A DNA stretch of 64,000 bases. Source: Gemmatimonadota bacterium. GTDB lineage: Bacteria > Latescibacterota > UBA2968 > GCA-2709665. Numbering within the stretch: the stretch's first letter is position 1; each line of letters opens with the position of its first letter. The position numbers and the translations under genes are program-made. The notes under the pieces are model-generated. The model was not told the origin of the DNA and ran no database searches. It saw only the letters and a list, made by a program, of their open reading frames with translations. The DNA is taken from the NCBI GenBank assembly GCA_028877215.1, contig JAPPFJ010000024.1:20835-84834 (forward strand), in the 5' to 3' direction. Shown in pieces: positions 18,668 to 27,667 of this stretch.

Positions 18668-18850
18668 GTCTTTGGGGACGTTAATTCGAATATGTGCTTG
18701 TAAATAAAGGCGATTAAACGGCGGATTACCAGGATACACCAGGTCACTGGACGTGAAGGGAAAAAACGTCATTCTATACGTCGATATTGCCCCGTTTCGG
18801 AGGGTTTTATCGCGTCGCCGCGTTGCAGTTTTTTTCGGATTGAGGCTAAC
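18652..18850 (+). mobile_element. 199-bp MITE-like repeat, copy B
   Basis: Inverted, near-identical partner of 12714..12912. It overlaps the 3' end of the phosphatase-family gene and ends about 50 nt before the G6 start. Confidence 0.85.
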
Positions 18851-18900
18851 CCGGGCGCTTCTTCGTGAATCGAGTCGAAAACGACATGGGAGGTGTTGTG

Positions 18901-21900
18901 ATGCATTGGGTAAAGACCCTGCTCATAAGCGCATCTTGCATCGTGACGATGCAATGTCCAGTCGAATCCGCGCGAGGGGACTTCCACTTCGTGAGATCGG
19001 CGGACGGGGAGCACCTGGCCTTTGTCAGCAGACGTGGTGAGGGGGCGGTTTCGCTGTCCGAAATATGGCACGTCTCCCCGAAATACGAAAGCCCCAGGAA
19101 ACTGACGGCCTTTCCCGGCGAACCCGGAACCCTCCATTTTGCGCCTGGCGGGGACGAGCTGATCTACCTCGAGCGAAGCCTGCGGCGGGAAGCCTGGGGC
19201 TCGTATTTTTACGGGGGGCAGCCGCTCCCGATTACGCGAAACCGAGTCTGGCGGTTGCGCCTGGACGGCGCCGGAGAGGAGGCGTGGCCCCTTCCCGGAG
19301 ACCTGCAACCCCTCGAGATCGCGCTCTCTCCCGACGGACGGTCGCTGGCGATTGCCGGGTATCGGGGAAGTGAATTGGCCATGGTGTACCGCGGTCTATG
19401 GATCGTGAATGACCGCGGCGATATCAGGCATCTGTTTGCCGGCGATGTTGCGGGGCCGGTAGCGTGGTCAGCGGACGGGAACTCTGTCAGGTGCCGAATC
19501 AATGACGGAGCAGAGTCGATTCGCGTTCATGTAGACACGGGAGAGGCCGTCCCGATAGATATCAAAAAAGATATACCCATGATCGGGAAACGGAGTCATG
19601 AGCCTTTTCTGCTTACCCGAACGTCCCCTGGCATGCGCGAGGCCGACGGTGCGGATGCGGCCCTGGGCCTGATCGGTACCGGCCTGGATCTGTATATACG
19701 CGGACGGAACGCGCTGCACCGGGGAAACGAAGCAAGAGCGGAGAAGATGCTCGAGCAGTCCAGGCGCGCATTCAGGAAACTCTACGATGGGGCCGCGAAG
19801 TACGGACTGTCGAGGAAGAGTTGCACGAGATACATCGAAGTATGCGAAGACTGGATCGAAGCTGACACCGGGACGACAGACAGACACAACTGCCGGGAGC
19901 GTCTGACGGGGATGCTGCGGTTGATCGAGGGCTTCAAGCGCACCAGGGACGGCAGTGAACCCGCGGATCTCGGAGAACTACACCAGTGGGCAACAGCCAG
20001 GATTGTTGCAGAGACGCCCTCCGGGAACGAACGGGATGAATACAAAACCATCCTCGGCGTGCTGTTCTCCTGCCCGGTAAACAGGGACTACGCATTCCTC
20101 AGCGACTATCTCTATAGGCACGAAGGGTTGCCCGCCGCGCCGGACCTGGCATGTTTCTGGCACCGAGGCGAGCGGATCGACGGCATCGCCGGTCGCGCCG
20201 GCGGTCACACGAAAACCTCCATCCCGCGCGCGGCACAGGTGGACAGCCTGGCCGCCAGTGGACGCCGCGCCATGGACGGGGATGATCTGGATCGGGCTCG
20301 ACTGATCTTTCGCAGCGTGGCCCGTCAACGCCCCAGGGATCCCGATGCATACGTCAATCTGGGTCACATACTCTTGAAATTGAGACGATTCGAGGAATCG
20401 AAGGACGCGTTTCATCGTGCTCTGACCCTGGGGAGCAAGGCGCTGGGCCACCATGGCCTGGGAATGCTCTACGCGACGTGGCCGATGCAGCGGCACTTCG
20501 CGATTCACCATTTCACCGAAGCGCTGGTCAGGGACCGGAACTTTGTGGATGCGCGGTATCAGATGGCCAGAGTACGCTATGCGATGAAGCAGCGCGACGC
20601 CGAACTGGAAGCAAAGAGAGTCCTGAAAATGGACCCGGGCCACGCGGGCGCCTATCTGATGATCGCGGACTACTATCTGAACCTGTCCTGGGAATTCGAG
20701 AAGGCCGTCGTGTGGTATACGAAGTACCTCGCGCTTCGCCCGGAAGACGCGGACGCGCAGCGGCGGATGGGGGTTGCGTACCTGAAAGTCAGAGATTATT
20801 CCAGGATTATGGACCATCTGCTGGACTTCGTCAAAAGGCACCCCGAAGCCATCGAGTTGATGCCCATTATCGCCATTTCCGCCATCGAGCAGGACAAAGC
20901 GGATATGGCAATGGCGTTCTTCGAAGACTACATCTCCAAACTTGACCCGGAAGTGAAGGGATTGTACGAAGATATCTCGCTTGTCGCCTCCGGTGAGGAT
21001 CTCAGGGCATCTGATGAGACCCCGGGCCTGGATCGCGAGACGTATCTCAGACGATTCTGGAACGGGAAGGATCCGGACCTGTCCACACCGGTGAATGAAC
21101 GCCTGCTGGAACACTACCGAAGGGTCTGGTACGCACTGACCGAGTTTTCGGAAGGCAAACAACCGTGGGACGCGAGAGGCGACGTCTATGTCCGATTCGG
21201 GGAACCCGATCACCGGTCCCGGTCGGACGACCCCAACTTCAAACAGAGCCTGAAAGTGCAGCGGGTCAAGGAGCGGCTCGCTTACAACATCTACAAGGGC
21301 GACGTCCGCTCGCACACGTTTGTCGGACCCGTCTATCCCGTACGCAGCCTCAAACAGCTCGACGGCGCCTGGTACGAATTGAGAGAGGTTAAAATTGAGA
21401 ACTCGGAACCGTCGGCGTGTGAAATTGCCGGCGCGGCGGACCATGGAACACAGGCAGGCGATACGGAACCGAATCAGGACAGAGAAAGGGACCATTTCTT
21501 CGTGAATGACGATTCCGTGAAGTTAGGCATTTTGCCACTGGACGAAAGCCTGGGATTCGGCGACTATCACCCTGTTACCACCGGCGAAGACCGGAGCACC
21601 GTACCCTGGGAAACGTGGATCTATACCGGTGCGGGCGGCGGAATCGAAATCACCTTTACCGACGAGATTGGTTCCGGGATCTACGACTACGCTCCGGTAC
21701 CGCCAAACCAGGGGGATATCTCATTAGGTGAAACCGCGACGTTGAGCAGGCACGCGCCCCATTCCGTCTACCGGCGAGCAGCGCGTGTCACGCCCGATTT
21801 CTACACGCCACGACATGAAACGCCGCCGCTCGACTTCCACTATTCGCTTGCCGACTTCAGGGGAGAAGAGGGCCGCAGCCTCCTGGAAATCTACTACGGC

Positions 21901-22638
21901 GTCCCCATTCTTCCGGCGCATTACGTGCCGGAAGAGGATTTCACACGGCAGGTTCTGACGCACCACGCGGCGCTCATTTCGTCGTCTCAAGACACGGTCT
22001 ACCGTCGAACCGACGAGATGACCTACGAAGCCGCCGGAAACCAGGCAGGAGAAGGCCTGATGGTACCTGACGTGCTGAAACTGGACCTGCCGCCCGGCGC
22101 CTACCGACTGGAGGTAAAGTCGCAGGACCGGTTACGGGGACGAACGGGCATCTATCAGCAGCAGGTTGGCGTGGATCGCTATGGTGAGGAACGATTGCAG
22201 ATCAGCGATCTGGAGATGGCCTGGCAGGTTGGCGCGGCAAATCCGACCGGTAAGTTTGCCAAGGGAGATCTGAACGTCATTCCGATGCCTTCGCGGACGT
22301 ACAAAAAGGGTCAGAGCGTGTTCGTCTACTACGAAATCTACAACCTGGACAAAGACGCGTTCGGTCAGACGAACTTCAACGTTTCCCATACCATCACGTC
22401 CAGAGATACTCCCGGGCGGGCGGGAAACATCTCGCGCCTGTTCCGGTGGGGAACCGGCAGGCGCGAGGAGCTTGCCGTCACGTATGAACAGCTGGGCGCG
22501 TCGGCACAGGTCGAGGAATACGTGGAACTCGCGCTGGACGTCCAGGATCCTGGACGATATTCATTGAAGGTATCGATCAGCGACAGGAACAGCGGTGAGA
22601 GCGTGGAGAAAGACGTGGCTTTTGTGATTACGCCTTAG
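18901..22638 (+). CDS. Large secreted protein: beta-propeller-like N-terminal extension, TPR repeats and GWxTD-type domain (G6, subfamily C)
   Basis: The track ORF starts with GTG at 18865. The ATG at 18901 follows GGGAGG and gives MHWVKTLLISASCIVTMQC. The N-terminal region has PD40/TolB-like strings (SPDGRSLAIAG, WSADGNSV). It contains FWNGKDPDLSTPVNERLLEHYRRVWYALTEF...QPWDARGDVYVRFGEPDH and VFVYYEIYNL. Confidence 0.85.
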   Translation: MHWVKTLLISASCIVTMQCPVESARGDFHFVRSADGEHLAFVSRRGEGAVSLSEIWHVSPKYESPRKLTAFPGEPGTLHFAPGGDELIYLERSLRREAWGSYFYGGQPLPITRNRVWRLRLDGAGEEAWPLPGDLQPLEIALSPDGRSLAIAGYRGSELAMVYRGLWIVNDRGDIRHLFAGDVAGPVAWSADGNSVRCRINDGAESIRVHVDTGEAVPIDIKKDIPMIGKRSHEPFLLTRTSPGMREADGADAALGLIGTGLDLYIRGRNALHRGNEARAEKMLEQSRRAFRKLYDGAAKYGLSRKSCTRYIEVCEDWIEADTGTTDRHNCRERLTGMLRLIEGFKRTRDGSEPADLGELHQWATARIVAETPSGNERDEYKTILGVLFSCPVNRDYAFLSDYLYRHEGLPAAPDLACFWHRGERIDGIAGRAGGHTKTSIPRAAQVDSLAASGRRAMDGDDLDRARLIFRSVARQRPRDPDAYVNLGHILLKLRRFEESKDAFHRALTLGSKALGHHGLGMLYATWPMQRHFAIHHFTEALVRDRNFVDARYQMARVRYAMKQRDAELEAKRVLKMDPGHAGAYLMIADYYLNLSWEFEKAVVWYTKYLALRPEDADAQRRMGVAYLKVRDYSRIMDHLLDFVKRHPEAIELMPIIAISAIEQDKADMAMAFFEDYISKLDPEVKGLYEDISLVASGEDLRASDETPGLDRETYLRRFWNGKDPDLSTPVNERLLEHYRRVWYALTEFSEGKQPWDARGDVYVRFGEPDHRSRSDDPNFKQSLKVQRVKERLAYNIYKGDVRSHTFVGPVYPVRSLKQLDGAWYELREVKIENSEPSACEIAGAADHGTQAGDTEPNQDRERDHFFVNDDSVKLGILPLDESLGFGDYHPVTTGEDRSTVPWETWIYTGAGGGIEITFTDEIGSGIYDYAPVPPNQGDISLGETATLSRHAPHSVYRRAARVTPDFYTPRHETPPLDFHYSLADFRGEEGRSLLEIYYGVPILPAHYVPEEDFTRQVLTHHAALISSSQDTVYRRTDEMTYEAAGNQAGEGLMVPDVLKLDLPPGAYRLEVKSQDRLRGRTGIYQQQVGVDRYGEERLQISDLEMAWQVGAANPTGKFAKGDLNVIPMPSRTYKKGQSVFVYYEIYNLDKDAFGQTNFNVSHTITSRDTPGRAGNISRLFRWGTGRREELAVTYEQLGASAQVEEYVELALDVQDPGRYSLKVSISDRNSGESVEKDVAFVITP

Positions 22639-22672
22639 TAATGTCTGCTGGATCCAGGGCGAGAGGTTCCTT

Positions 22673-22797
22673 AAAGGCGGTTAGACGGGAGAAGAAATCC
22701 TTGCCCGGAATGTTACTCCTCCTTGCCTCCGGCACTAGAAGAAACCTCACAAGGCAGGTAATCTCTCCCCTCTTCCGGCTAACGTCTCCCCGCTTTT
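22673..22797 (-). repeat. Palindromic ~120-bp interspersed element (PAL family), copy 1
   Basis: The reverse complement aligns with copies at 43186, 47137, 55710 and 60952. The shared core is TGCCGGAGGCAAGGAGGAAT...CCGGGCAAGGATTTC, and the termini are AAAAGCGG...CCGCTTTT. Confidence 0.75.
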
Positions 22798-22883
22798 AAG
22801 GAACACGCCGTAGGCAGGGAATTTGGGGAGATGTGGATTTTGAATTTGGTTTTACCCGTTTATTTTCCCTGGAAGGACACCTG

Positions 22884-23966
22884 ATGACCGTCAGGATGAC
22901 TTCCGCACTGGCAATTGTCTCGAGCCTGATGGGCTGCGGTTCACCCGTGCCGATGTCTCCGGAGGCGACGAGCGAACTCGTTGGTTTTGAAGTTGCCGGT
23001 AAAATGACGGAAAGGCGGTTCTGGCACGCGTCGGTGTTGTTGCAGGATGGAACGGTCCTGATCACGGGTGGCGCCGCAACTCAAAATCCGGGCCAGGTGT
23101 CGACCTCACTCTTTCGCGCAAGCACGGAAGTGTTCGACCCTGAAACGGGAACCTCCAGTCGAAGGGGCAATCTGTCGCTGGCACGAGTACTCGACATGGG
23201 AATATTGTTGCCGGACGGCCGGGTCCTTCTTGCGGGAGCGGACCAGGCGCCTCCGGAGTTTTTCGATCCGCGGACCGGGCGGTTCACCCCTGAGCCTTAT
23301 CTTCCGGCATTCGCAAGGATCTGGTCGATCACGTTACTGCCCAATGGCAAGATCCTGACGTATTACTCTCTGGGTGTTGCCATCTTTGACACCGCCACGC
23401 GAGAGTTCACGTCACTTCCCGGGACGGTCGTCATTCGCGCGGGGCATACGGCAACCTTGCTGCGGGATGGGCGGGTTCTCATCGTTGGCGGCGTCAATGC
23501 CTCGGGCATCGTGAAAGCGTCCGAAATCTACGATCCGTCGTCCAATACGCTTACCCGCACCGGTGGCCTGAGATACGAACGGCAGGATCACAGAGCGATT
23601 CTCCTCCAGGATGGCAGCGTGCTGGTTATTGGCGGGACCACCGGGGACGAGGGGTCTGAAGAGCCGGTAACCGCCGCCGAGCGATACAACCCGGCAACGG
23701 GGACGTTTACATCAGAAGGGGATCCCGGATTTGAAGCGATTCATGCTGCCACGTTACTGCCATCGGGCGAAGTCTTCATTATCGGGGAAAGCGGCGAGGT
23801 CATACTCTACGATCCCGCCAACGGCGCGTTCGGTCCTACCGGAGACAGCATAGGCGAGAATCGCGCGTTTTATACGACAACGCTGCTTCGCGACGGCCGT
23901 GTGCTGATCGCTGGAGGCTTGAAGGACCTCCAGGCGACGGACCAGATTCTTATATACCGGCCGTAG
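22884..23966 (+). CDS. Kelch-repeat beta-propeller lipoprotein (K2)
   Basis: The ATG at 22884 follows GGAAGGA and gives MTVRMTSALAIVSSLMGCGSP (lipobox L-M-G-C). The protein is colinear with K1 (RFWHASVLLQDGTVLITGG, GHTATLLRDGRVLIVGG). Confidence 0.85.
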   Translation: MTVRMTSALAIVSSLMGCGSPVPMSPEATSELVGFEVAGKMTERRFWHASVLLQDGTVLITGGAATQNPGQVSTSLFRASTEVFDPETGTSSRRGNLSLARVLDMGILLPDGRVLLAGADQAPPEFFDPRTGRFTPEPYLPAFARIWSITLLPNGKILTYYSLGVAIFDTATREFTSLPGTVVIRAGHTATLLRDGRVLIVGGVNASGIVKASEIYDPSSNTLTRTGGLRYERQDHRAILLQDGSVLVIGGTTGDEGSEEPVTAAERYNPATGTFTSEGDPGFEAIHAATLLPSGEVFIIGESGEVILYDPANGAFGPTGDSIGENRAFYTTTLLRDGRVLIAGGLKDLQATDQILIYRP

Positions 23967-24016
23967 CAAAAGGCGGCGAGACGGAAGAGGGTAGACGGTA
24001 GAAGGGGAGGAAACGC
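23967..24016. repeat. Half copy of the PAL element
   Basis: AAAAGGCGGCGAGACGGAAGAGGGTAGACGGTAGAAGG matches only the terminal arm of the PAL family. It starts directly after the K2 stop codon. Confidence 0.5.
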
Positions 24017-24024
24017 CATTGGCC

Positions 24025-24129
24025 GGGCGCCCACAAGGGACGCCCCTACATCACCTATCATCCACGAATTGAAATCTCTGGGTTCCGCTCTCGAGTTTAC
24101 ATTTGTAGGGGCGTCCCTTGTGGGCGCCC
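24025..24129. repeat. Inverted pair of REP-like elements (26-bp perfect inverted repeat, 53-nt spacer)
   Basis: GGGCGCCCACAAGGGACGCCCCTACA at 24025-24050 has its exact reverse complement at 24104-24129. Confidence 0.85.
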
Positions 24130-24163
24130 GCCTTTCCCCGGTCCGCCAACGAGGCGCCGCCCC

Positions 24164-25732
24164 ATGGCAGGCTTCGGACGTACCCCGATTTCCCTCCCTC
24201 TTCGTCTCTTTCTAAGCGCGCTCGTGCCGGTTGTGTTAGGCTGGACAGACGCTCCCGCCGAGTCCGAAAAGAAATCACCAGCCGTCCCGTTCGGGGGACC
24301 CACGAGTACCGACTGGTACGGGGCTTTCGTGACGTGGGATGAGACATACGGGGACAGGTATCTGGACGGCCGCGACGGAGGGTCGTTCGCATGGGGTCCG
24401 TCGGCCTACGTGCAGCGGATGTACCTGAACCTGTATCAGACGTTCGGAGAAACCGTCTGGCTGGACAAACTGGTACGACATATCGATCGCATTCTGACCG
24501 CCCGGTCGGACTTGCCGCCGTACGAAGTCTACGATCCGCGATACGTCGACGGATACGGAGGATGGGGGCAGAACCGGTATAGCCAGTACAGGCCAGAATA
24601 TACCGAATGGTTTTCCGACGATGGATTGATTGTCAGCCCGATCCTGGCATTCGTGGAGCTGGTCTGGGAGGATCCGACCCTGCACGCGGCGTACAGGGCC
24701 AAAGCGGATGAGTACCTGCGCGTTGTTGAAGAGGATGTGATCGCCAAGTGGTACGCCAACTGGGCGCCGGACCCGGGTTGGACGGCGGACGACAGCAGCC
24801 GCTACGGCGAGGATGCGGGATACCACCTGTACGAATGGTCCGGGTGGAAGCGCCAGCCGCTGAATATGTACCTGTCGTTTGCGGATGCGCTGGTCACGCT
24901 CCGTCGCCTTTCCAGGTCGTCGTATTACAAGCCGCACAAAGCTGGTTTCGTACCGTTTTACGCTGACCAGAGCGAGCGGATGTTACGGTACTTCCACGAT
25001 CAGCTGCTGTACGATTCGGAAGCCGAGGCGTATACCTGGAAATACGGTCCGGAGAGCCACTGGCCCCACCTGATGGAGGACGTCGGGCATGCCTTTATCG
25101 ATATCCAGGCGGCGCTGCAGGGGGTTCGAAGCGGTCTGAGTTTCGCCCGGAAGGACCTTGATAGGATGGCCAATACGTTCGTCCACCACGTCTGGAACGG
25201 GAGCCTGGAGGAGCCTGCGTTCAGATACTACATAGGAGGTCCCGCAAGCAAGCTCGACGCGGAACGGGGCTGGAGTGGGTGGGGGTTTCTCTACCTGGCC
25301 AGGTACGACTACCGGATCTGGGAATCGATGGCGGCGTACTTCGAAAAAGAGATCTCGATTCAGGCATGGCCGGCTCACGTGGCGGCGACAGCCGCGATGC
25401 TGGGCATAGCAACGCAGGACTACGACAGGTGGCCCCCCGGCGCGCCGCTGCATCTTGAAGTCGCTCGCGATGGACAGGACGTACAGGTTTCCTGGCGCCG
25501 TCCGGAAACCGACGCCGACGGCACGGCGCTTACGGGGCTGAAAGGGTACATTGTGTACCGGGCGACCGCGACGGAAGGGCCGTTCGCCCCTCTGAACGAG
25601 ACGCCCCTGGACACGACACGCTACGTGGATCCGGGCGCGGCATCCGGATCGTTCCACTATCGGATCACCGCCGTGGACTACCGGCGGCCTTCGAACGAGG
25701 GTCCACCCTCCGCTGTGGTTTCGACGCCGTAA
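24164..25732 (+). CDS. Secreted protein with C-terminal fibronectin type III-like domain; N-terminal domain of unknown function
   Basis: 522-aa ORF with signal-like MAGFGRTPISLPLRLFLSALVPVVLGW. The C-terminus LHLEVARDGQDVQVSWRRPETDADGTALTGLKGYIVYRATATEGPF...FHYRITAVDYRRPSNEGPPS is FN3-like. Confidence 0.7.
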   Translation: MAGFGRTPISLPLRLFLSALVPVVLGWTDAPAESEKKSPAVPFGGPTSTDWYGAFVTWDETYGDRYLDGRDGGSFAWGPSAYVQRMYLNLYQTFGETVWLDKLVRHIDRILTARSDLPPYEVYDPRYVDGYGGWGQNRYSQYRPEYTEWFSDDGLIVSPILAFVELVWEDPTLHAAYRAKADEYLRVVEEDVIAKWYANWAPDPGWTADDSSRYGEDAGYHLYEWSGWKRQPLNMYLSFADALVTLRRLSRSSYYKPHKAGFVPFYADQSERMLRYFHDQLLYDSEAEAYTWKYGPESHWPHLMEDVGHAFIDIQAALQGVRSGLSFARKDLDRMANTFVHHVWNGSLEEPAFRYYIGGPASKLDAERGWSGWGFLYLARYDYRIWESMAAYFEKEISIQAWPAHVAATAAMLGIATQDYDRWPPGAPLHLEVARDGQDVQVSWRRPETDADGTALTGLKGYIVYRATATEGPFAPLNETPLDTTRYVDPGAASGSFHYRITAVDYRRPSNEGPPSAVVSTP

Positions 25733-25826
25733 CGCGGAGACCGGATGATCTGCGATGGCATGTCTGCCACGTCTGGATCGCATTTAAGATCGAAACCGCA
25801 TACGTCCAGGGCCTTTTCGGAAAGTC

Positions 25827-26144
25827 CTACTTGTCCAGGGCAGCGATACCGGCCAGCGCGATGGGGGGGCGGTCCGGGAATTCCGCTACCAGGCGCAACC
25901 TGCCCCCCATCGCTTCGACGTAGCCGCTGAGCGTGGAAAGCAGCAGGTCGCTGCGCTTTTCGATACGGGATACGTTTTCCTGGTTGATCCCAAGTTCCTT
26001 CGCTACGCGCACCTGCGTCCACTTTCGGGCCCTTCGCAGGTCTCGCAGCGACATCTCTTCGGCGATCAGCGCCCTGGCTCGTTCTTCCACTTTCCTCCGT
26101 CGCGCCTCAGGCAGCTTGTCAATTCTCTCAGTGAGCGTCTTCAT
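25827..26144 (-). CDS. XRE-family HTH antitoxin (HigA-like)
   Basis: 105 aa. The HTH is LRRARKWTQVRVAKELGINQENVSRIEKRSD, followed by LSTLSGYVEAMGGRLRLVAEFPD, typical of antitoxins paired with RelE/HigB-like toxins. It overlaps the upstream toxin gene by 4 nt (ATGA). Confidence 0.8.
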   Translation of the reverse strand: MKTLTERIDKLPEARRRKVEERARALIAEEMSLRDLRRARKWTQVRVAKELGINQENVSRIEKRSDLLLSTLSGYVEAMGGRLRLVAEFPDRPPIALAGIAALDK

Positions 26145-26509
26145 CTTGACCTCCTGCTATTTTGGAGCTGTTCCAATTCCATATTGAATCGTCTGTCCGC
26201 TTTCCTGATCAGCAGTTTGTAGAAACGGCGTTCGTCTATATCCGACTTGTCACCGGCAGCGAGCAATACAGCTTTTCGTTCGGTGTCAAAGGCAAATGCC
26301 ACCCTCCAGACTCCGCCGCAAGCTCTAAATCGAAGCTCCTTCATATTGGCGTGTTGCGAACCGTTCAACGTGTCCACTCTCGGACGCCCAATGAAAGGCC
26401 CGAATGTCGCAATAAGCGTTGCTTGTGCAAGCAACTCGTCCTGCACGTCGTTGGACAAAGCGTCGAATTCGGAGTCGAACGCCGGGTGGAAACTTACGTC
26501 CCAGTCCAT
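26141..26509 (-). CDS. RelE/ParE-superfamily (HigB/Gp49-like) toxin
   Basis: 122 aa. The MKELRFRACGGVWRVAFAFDTERKAVLLAAGDKSDIDERRFYKLLIRKADRRF pattern is typical of this toxin family. The toxin-first gene order is as in higBA. Confidence 0.75.
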   Translation of the reverse strand: MDWDVSFHPAFDSEFDALSNDVQDELLAQATLIATFGPFIGRPRVDTLNGSQHANMKELRFRACGGVWRVAFAFDTERKAVLLAAGDKSDIDERRFYKLLIRKADRRFNMELEQLQNSRRSR

Positions 26510-26835
26510 GGCTTAGAAATATGACTTAAAGATCATATATTGTCAAGTCAATTACCATTTCGCTGTATTACGCATGCAAACGGCAGGCCACATCGCCCGG
26601 TCTGTCAATGTTGCAACTCAGAGACCGATTGCATCACCGCGAAATTATCTTATATTTGCATAATATTTAGGTTATACGATCTTGATTATCGCGATATTGA
26701 ATAAATTCACGCCTCGAACTGCCAGTTTGGGGCATGAATGAGCTTACACCATGGTTTTCAGTTTCCAGGCCATTCAGAAAACGCAGTAACAGATCTACCG
26801 AGTAAGGTTCAACAGTTCGAGGAGGGAACGTCGGG

Positions 26836-27492
26836 ATGGAAAACCGTGAATCATCGGTGTCCGAAATGGTGTCCGGCGCCGCGCAGATAGAGGCGCTTGA
26901 CGAGGAAGTGGAGGGTCGCGCAGGAGATTACGATGTGTCCCGGGCTTTATCCGACCTGCGTTGCTCTCAGAAATTGACGCAGGAGGAACTGGCGGAACGG
27001 GCCGGCTGCACACAGAGCAAGATCTCGAGAATCGAAAACAGCAGTAACGATCGGCTCAAACTCGATGACCTGACGATGTACGCCCGCGCTTTCAATATGC
27101 AGGTTTCGATTGATTTCACACGGGAATCGTCTTCCGCAGACGCCACCGAACGCCTGGCGCGCCAGATCAGGAGCGGCCTCGTTGACGTGGCTGAAAGGGC
27201 GCGGCACCAAGGTGTTGCGGACGAAGGCGCGAAGAAGACTTACGAAGCATTCCTGTTTTCGATGCTTGAACTATTCATGGATGAACTGGAGGGCCTTCGC
27301 GCGCGCCGCAACGGCTCGCCGGAATCTGGAGAGACGACGAGGGCGGGTAACGGCAGGCCTATGGGTCCCGCGGGTCAGATAGAAACATCGAGCCGCGAGA
27401 AGAGGAACAACGGCTCTACCGTATTCAGGATATTCACGCCAATTGACATCAATGAAGAGAACGGCAGGACCGAATCCCAACGCGAGGGGTGA
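26836..27492 (+). CDS. XRE-family helix-turn-helix transcriptional regulator
   Basis: The ATG follows GAGGAGGG. The HTH is LRCSQKLTQEELAERAGCTQSKISRIENSS. It is divergent from the TA pair across an AT-rich 326-bp spacer. Confidence 0.75.
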   Translation: MENRESSVSEMVSGAAQIEALDEEVEGRAGDYDVSRALSDLRCSQKLTQEELAERAGCTQSKISRIENSSNDRLKLDDLTMYARAFNMQVSIDFTRESSSADATERLARQIRSGLVDVAERARHQGVADEGAKKTYEAFLFSMLELFMDELEGLRARRNGSPESGETTRAGNGRPMGPAGQIETSSREKRNNGSTVFRIFTPIDINEENGRTESQREG

Positions 27493-27517
27493 ACGGTACC
27501 CCAAGCCGCGAAAGGCC

Positions 27518-27543
27518 GGGCGCCCACAAGGGACGCCCCTGCA
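27518..27543. repeat. REP-like hairpin element (GGGCGCCCACAAGGGACGCCCCTGC)
   Basis: Same family as 11338 and 24025/24104. Confidence 0.8.
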
Positions 27544-27667
27544 AGAATTGGGGTAGTGAAGGGGAGGTTAAGGCGCTGCTCGTTTGCATGACGATTGGTG
27601 GGCCGTGTTCCTGGACAATGCTGAATCCATGCATTCTAAACAACGTCTCCGCAAGGTAGTCTAAGAG

